DNA of 64,000 bases from Ranitomeya imitator (lineage: Eukaryota), in contig NC_091291.1 of NCBI RefSeq assembly GCF_032444005.1, forward strand, positions 43,586,001-43,650,000. Direction: 5' to 3'. Made by a program: the position numbers and the translations under genes. This document shows, one piece after another, positions 58,790-64,000 of this stretch (within the stretch, counting starts at the first letter, position 1; the number at the start of each line of letters is the position of its first letter). The notes below the pieces were generated by a model. The model was not told the origin of the DNA. It did no database searches and worked only from the letters and a program-made list of their open reading frames with translations.

Positions 58790-59125
58790 CCTGCAATGAA
58801 GAGTCAAGCTACCAGAAATCATGCCACCTGACACCATCATTTTGAGAGTAGGACCGGTGTGACATTCAACCGGTGAAAGCCTCATCATAATTTTACCCAT
58901 GTGTTCTCCAGACCAATCTCTGGTATCATTGTGTTCAAGACAAATTTGGGACTCATTGCTGAAGAGAATAGACCTCCATTACAGCTTTGCATGGCTGTCT
59001 TGCTCTGCACCTTGATAGGCTTTGAGAGTGGTAGCATGAGGTCACCTGTAGCTTGTCTGGCTGGTAGCCTTATGTTGTGCAAATGCTTTCTGATGGCTTG
59101 TGTAGACACTGTTGTTACCATTGCC
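58790..59125 (-). mobile_element. Tc1 transposase fragment
   Basis: TVSTQAIRKHLHNIRLPARQATG...LFSSAMSPKF resembles the Tc1 second HTH through the SDESRF region. Boundaries approximate. Confidence 0.6.
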
Positions 59126-60009
59126 TCAAAAGTTTACGGACTTGTCTGCCCTCATGAACATCTGGGAATTGACTAGTTGGCAAATACATATTCCTCAGAT
59201 GACCATTACCAACCTCATTGACAGTGGCCGAGACTGTAAGTGCCGGGATTTCTCCGGTGGCGCTCATACTCCAGAGGGAATAACTCAAGATGATTTGAAA
59301 CCTTTGTTTCCATTTTTTCATCATTTTCAGATCATTATCATGTCTATCCATAATGTTATTTTCATAATTCCATGACTTTTTCTTCTTGGCGTTGAAATTT
59401 CTATGTTGGGGCTTGCATATAAATGAGAATTCATAACATGCTTTTCAATAAAATGGCAACACATAGTGATTAGTGAATTATTCTAGTAACAAAGATGATG
59501 CAGTTTGTGCATGTACCATAAATGAAAATATAGGTTGCATTATGATTTATTCTTTTCGTCTATTTTGATGACTTCACAATTATCTTTATATTCATGTGCA
59601 GGTTGTGCTTTATTGTTTTGATGTCAAAATATAGTTTGTTTTATTGTGGTGATTCATTTATAAGATTTTTTTTGTCAATTTGTTTATAGACAGAATTATA
59701 TGATAATTTGATTGATACTCTAATCTTTCCCTTTATTCTTTGGCTGTGCTCTATTATTATAATGTAACATTAGTGTTTTTCATTATTCCTCTTTTTTGTT
59801 ATATTGTTATGATTGTACACTTGTTTGTTGTCACAATAGTGTCAGTCCTGATGATGTCTTGATGTTGATAATAATGATGGTGTTACACCAAATTGTGCAT
59901 TTTTTAATTGCGAGTAATCTGTTGAAATATCATAATAGTGTTTTAGTCTTTATTCCTGCACAGAATTGTAATGAGGTTGTGTCATATAAAGTCTCTTATT
60001 AATTGAGAG

Positions 60010-60064
60010 TAGGGTTGAGCGACTTTTCTTTTTATAGGATCGGGTCGGATTTCACGAAACCCGA
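60010..60064. mobile_element. 5' end of a hAT-type MITE interrupted by Gypsy-5
   Basis: TAGGGTTGAGCGA terminus, similar to TAGTGTTGAGCGA at 29351. Confidence 0.55.
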
Positions 60065-63000
60065 TGTTATGGACAGGCGGAACGCACCAAGTATAGATGA
60101 CATGAAACTAGGTGCGTTCGCAGTCCGAGGTCCACCGTGCAGGTAAAAACCCCGCTGCTAGCAAAGACGGACTATATGGCGGTACTATAAGAATACACAC
60201 ATGGGTTAACTTCACCCTGCGTGAAGGAAGCGACCCTGTTGCGTCACAGGACCGCGGTACCGCACATAGAGCGCAAGCAAGAAGTCAGCGAACACAACCC
60301 CAACTCAGGATTGAAGTCCGATTAGACCACTTGCTGGCACAACACCGCAACTGGGTGTGTTAGGAAACTATTATAATAGAAAATAAAGGCACGAGAGTGC
60401 GTGCGGTGCCGCACTGACGGACGCCACTAACCACCCAGGCTTGGGTAAGGAAAGCGCAGAGGAAGCGCACGGCGCCGTACTGGCGGACACAGCAACTGGA
60501 CGCTGTGATGTGTGTTACGTGCAGATGGCTAGTCGGGCGCTAGATAGCTACCATCATCCGCGAGCAGTCAACAACACTAGGGAGGGATACTTAGGAGCTT
60601 TCATCCATCGACATACATCCATCTACACACACACATAATATCAAGACAATACTAGCGCATGGCCGTGCGGTCATGCGCAGTTTATATAGTTGCAGCACAG
60701 GAAGCTGCTACAGAAGTTTTGCCCTTTCAGGACCTGCCAGGAGGACCAATGGGATGTGCTGCAGTACCTGAGCATGTGACCCTTGATCTCCAATGGGAGA
60801 TCTTGCCCTGGGCATGCTCAGTGTGTGCAAATAAGGACTTAGTCCCAGAGAAGCCTGCTCGCCGCAGATCAGTGCAGGGTACAACAGGAGAGCCAGAAAA
60901 GGCAGCAGTAACCCTTTGCACAGAATCAGTCCCAGCGAGACGCTGGGAGCGACGCCTCCGCTGAGCAGAGCCCACTGCGGCCGAAGCAGAATGGGAGACC
61001 GCAGCAGACACTGATCGAGATTCCCCCTGTGCAGCAGAGGAAACTCGACTCCTAACATTACCCCCCCTCCAAGGGCCCCCCCCTCCTTGGGCCTCGCTAC
61101 GTTCGAAGGCAGCAATAAGCTGCGGAGCCCGAATGTGCTCAGCAGGCTCCCAGGACCTATCCTCAGGGCCGTAACCCTTCCAGTCCACCCAAAAAAATTT
61201 TTTGCCCCGTACCACCTTGCACCCCAAGATAGCGTTCACCTCGAAATCGTCCGTAGACGAACCCGATGTCTCGGCAGATGACTCAGAAAACCGGGACATG
61301 TATACGGGCTTAAGGAGGGACACATGAAAGGTGTTGGTGATACCAAGGCGTGGAGGAAGGGCCAGACGGTAGACCACAGGATTAACCTGTTCGAGGACCT
61401 TGAAGGGACCCAAGTAGCGAGGAGCAAACTTAGTGGACTCAACTCGCAGCCTGATGTTACGGGTGGAGAGCCACACCAAGTCGCCAGGAGCAAAGGTCGG
61501 AGTGGGGCGCCGATGAGCATCGGCGGAGGACCTCATTCTCTCCTTAGAGGCCCGAATGGCATCCTGAGTGCGGTCCCAAATATCCCGTGCCTCCACAGCC
61601 CAGTCTGCCACCCTGGCGTCGGCGGAAGACACGGGCATAGGCACAGGTACCCATGGATGCTGACTATAGTTGAGGAGGAATGGGGTTTGTCCAGTGGAGT
61701 CGGCTACGGCGTTGTTCAGCGCAAACTCTGCCCATGATAGCAAGGATGCCCAGTCATCCTGCCTGGCTGAAACAAAATGTCGCAGGTATGTGACCAAGGT
61801 CTGGTTGGCCCTCTCTACCAACCCATTCGTCTCGGGATGATAAGCAGAAGAGAGATTCAACTCAATACTGAGAAGACGACAAAGCTCTCTCCAGAACCGA
61901 GACGCAAACTGGGGACCCCGCTCACTGACAATTTTGTCAGGCATACCATATAGGCGGAAGATGTGTTTAATGAACAACGCTGCCAAGGCCCGTGCAGAAG
62001 GTAACCGTGGTAGCAGCACCAAATGCACCATTTTTGAGAAATGATCGGTGATGACCCAAATGATGGTACAGCCGCGAGACTTGGGTAAACCCACGACAAA
62101 GTCCATCCCGACCATCTCCCAGGGCCTATTTGCCACCGGCAAGGGATAGAGCAACCCAGCTGGCCTTTGACGCGGAGATTTATTTTTGGCGCAGGAGATA
62201 CACGCCAGAATATAATCCCTGACATCCCGGACCATATGCGGCCACCAGTACGTCCTCGCCAGTAGCTCAGATGTCCTTTTTGTCCCAAAGTGTCCACCCA
62301 CCCTGGACGAATGAGCCCAAGAGAGAACCTCCGGTCGCAAATTAATGGGCACAAAAGTCTTGCCCGGAGGCACAGACTCTAGCGAAACCGGCGCAACGGT
62401 TCTCAGGCTCTCAGAAGGGACAATAAGCCGAGGCTCCTCTTCCTCCTCCTCAGTTGACATAAGGGAGCGAGAGAGAGCGTCGGCACGAATATTCTTCTCC
62501 CCGGCGAGATAATGCAGAGTAAAATGGAACCGGGAGAAAAATAAGGACCATCTGGCCTGACGAGAATTCAGCCGCTGGGCTGTGTGTAAATACACCAAAT
62601 TTTTGTGGTCCGTGAAGACCTGGAAGGGAAACCGTGCACCTTCCAGAAGATGTCTCCACTCTGAAAAGGCCAACTTCATTGCTAGCAACTCCCTATCCCC
62701 GATGGAGTAATTTCTCTCCGCTGATGTGAAGGTCTTAGAGAAGAAGAAGCATGGATGCTTCCGACCTTGAGCGTCCTTTTGATAGAGGACTGCTCCAGCA
62801 CCAACGGATGAGGCATCCACCTCCATTAGGAATGGCTTATCCACATCGGGGCGATGTAAGATGGGAGCGCTAGCAAAATGAGACTTAACAGAAGTGAAGG
62901 CCTTGGAGACCTCTTCCGACCACAATTTGGGATTCGCTCCCTTCTTGGTGAGGGCCACCAAGGGAGCTACCAGAGTTGAGAAGTGGGGAATGAACTGGCG

Positions 63001-64000
63001 GTAATAATTAATGAACCCCATAAAGCGCTGCACCGCCTTAAGAGAATGGGGCTCTTGCCAGTCCATCACAGCCTGTAGTTTGGCAGGATCCATAGCCAAT
63101 CCCTGGGCGGAGATGATATAGCCCAGGAACGGTAAAGACTCCTGCTCAAACATACACTTCTCCAACTTTGCATAGAGAGAGTTTGCCCGTAGGAGGTCGA
63201 AGACTCTGCCAACATCTCTCCGGTGGGAGTCAATATCTGGAGAAAAGATGAGAATATCATCCAGATAGACTACAACCGAGGTGGAAAGCATATCCCGGAA
63301 GATGTCGTTGACAAAGTCTTGGAAAACGGCTGGGGCATTACAGAGCCCGAAGGGCATCACCAGATACTCATAGTGCCCATCTCTGGTGTTAAACGCCGTT
63401 TTCCATTCGTCCCCCTCACGGATGCGAATCAGGTTGTAAGCACCCCGCAGATCTAATTTAGTAAACACTCTAGCTCCCCGAAGCCTATCGAAGAGCTCAG
63501 ATATCAAGGGCAAAGGATACTTGTTCTTAACGGTGATAGCGTTAAGACCCCTGTAGTCTATGCATGGACGTAGTTCCCCATTCTTCTTCTGCACAAAGAA
63601 GAACCCTGCCCCAGCAGGTGACACTGACTTCCTGATGAACCCTCTTGCCAGATTCTCTTGAATATACTGAGACATGGCCTCCGTCTCCGGGAGAGATAAT
63701 GGATAAACTCGACCCCGGGGAGGCTCTGCACCAGGCAAGAGATCGATGGGACAGTCATAAGGGCGATGGGGCGGAAGGGTCTCCACCGCCTTTTTGGAGA
63801 ACACGTCTGCATAAGACCAGTATTGCTTGGGGAGAGAGGAAAGATCTGCGGGTACCTCAGTAGTAGCAACCTGAACGCACTCTCGGTGACACCTACCCCC
63901 ACATGATTCACCCCATCCCAGAATTCTGCCTGAGGACCACTCGATGTGAGGAGAGTGGAACCGTAACCAAGGTATCCCCAACAGGACCTCATCAATCCCC
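60065..64000 (-). mobile_element. Gypsy-5 (same family as Gypsy-4): 3' LTR and pol, cut by window end
   Basis: LTR at 60065-61057 homologous to 38277-39177; PPT next to 61058; continuous pol. Confidence 0.96.
60727..63981 (-). CDS. Gypsy-5 pol (RT, RNase H, integrase, chromodomain), partial; reads into the LTR
   Basis: [31 protein letters not shown] (catalytic D>E), FEVNAIL...VDWKGYGPEDRSWEP. Confidence 0.92.
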   Translation of the reverse strand: MGIPWLRFHSPHIEWSSGRILGWGESCGGRCHRECVQVATTEVPADLSSLPKQYWSYADVFSKKAVETLPPHRPYDCPIDLLPGAEPPRGRVYPLSLPETEAMSQYIQENLARGFIRKSVSPAGAGFFFVQKKNGELRPCIDYRGLNAITVKNKYPLPLISELFDRLRGARVFTKLDLRGAYNLIRIREGDEWKTAFNTRDGHYEYLVMPFGLCNAPAVFQDFVNDIFRDMLSTSVVVYLDDILIFSPDIDSHRRDVGRVFDLLRANSLYAKLEKCMFEQESLPFLGYIISAQGLAMDPAKLQAVMDWQEPHSLKAVQRFMGFINYYRQFIPHFSTLVAPLVALTKKGANPKLWSEEVSKAFTSVKSHFASAPILHRPDVDKPFLMEVDASSVGAGAVLYQKDAQGRKHPCFFFSKTFTSAERNYSIGDRELLAMKLAFSEWRHLLEGARFPFQVFTDHKNLVYLHTAQRLNSRQARWSLFFSRFHFTLHYLAGEKNIRADALSRSLMSTEEEEEEPRLIVPSESLRTVAPVSLESVPPGKTFVPINLRPEVLSWAHSSRVGGHFGTKRTSELLARTYWWPHMVRDVRDYILACISCAKNKSPRQRPAGLLYPLPVANRPWEMVGMDFVVGLPKSRGCTIIWVITDHFSKMVHLVLLPRLPSARALAALFIKHIFRLYGMPDKIVSERGPQFASRFWRELCRLLSIELNLSSAYHPETNGLVERANQTLVTYLRHFVSARQDDWASLLSWAEFALNNAVADSTGQTPFLLNYSQHPWVPVPMPVSSADARVADWAVEARDIWDRTQDAIRASKERMRSSADAHRRPTPTFAPGDLVWLSTRNIRLRVESTKFAPRYLGPFKVLEQVNPVVYRLALPPRLGITNTFHVSLLKPVYMSRFSESSAETSGSSTDDFEVNAILGCKVVRGKKFFWVDWKGYGPEDRSWEPAEHIRAPQLIAAFERSEAQGGGGPWRGGNVRSRVSSAAQGESRSVSAAVSHSASAAVGSAQRRRRSQRLAGTDSVQRVTAAFSGSPVVPCTDLRRAGFSGTKSLFAHTEHAQGKISHWRSRVTCSGTAAHPIGPPGRS

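Noticed and set aside
59190-59232. 37-nt segment between CCTCAG and GTAAGT as an exon
   Set aside because: Good donor, but such motifs occur by chance; adjacent to a Tc1 fragment; peptide unrecognised.

Overview
Eukaryotic, very repeat-dense window. About three quarters is assignable to transposable elements by my count, and there is one assembly gap (43427-43653). The repeat repertoire points to an amphibian, probably anuran, genome (inference). I cannot support any host protein-coding gene; at most a few isolated candidate exons. Contents: six chromodomain Ty3/Gypsy (Tf1/sushi-like) insertions, namely one apparently intact copy with identical LTRs (47254-53043), one nearly intact copy, two internally deleted copies, one running off the window, and a solo LTR. 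Also three L2 LINE copies, a CR1, two V-SINEs sharing the L2 3' tail, four Penelope-like pieces each with a degenerate hammerhead ribozyme core, several Tc1 and hAT remnants or MITEs, and a ~4.7 kb TTAA (piggyBac-type) non-coding element carrying a ~388-bp tandem array. Nesting reaches four levels. Strongest signal: none of the four Gypsy families with a visible primer-binding site (PBS) uses a tRNA PBS. Each PBS is instead the reverse complement of a family-specific 9-11-mer in its own LTR. In three families that 9-11-mer starts exactly 30 nt after a TATA-like box, which is the co-varying signature of Tf1-type self-primed reverse transcription. The LTRs beginning TGTTGTGAATT make 6-bp target duplications in 3 of 3 cases. 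Two Penelope-like insertions both have 14-bp target duplications.
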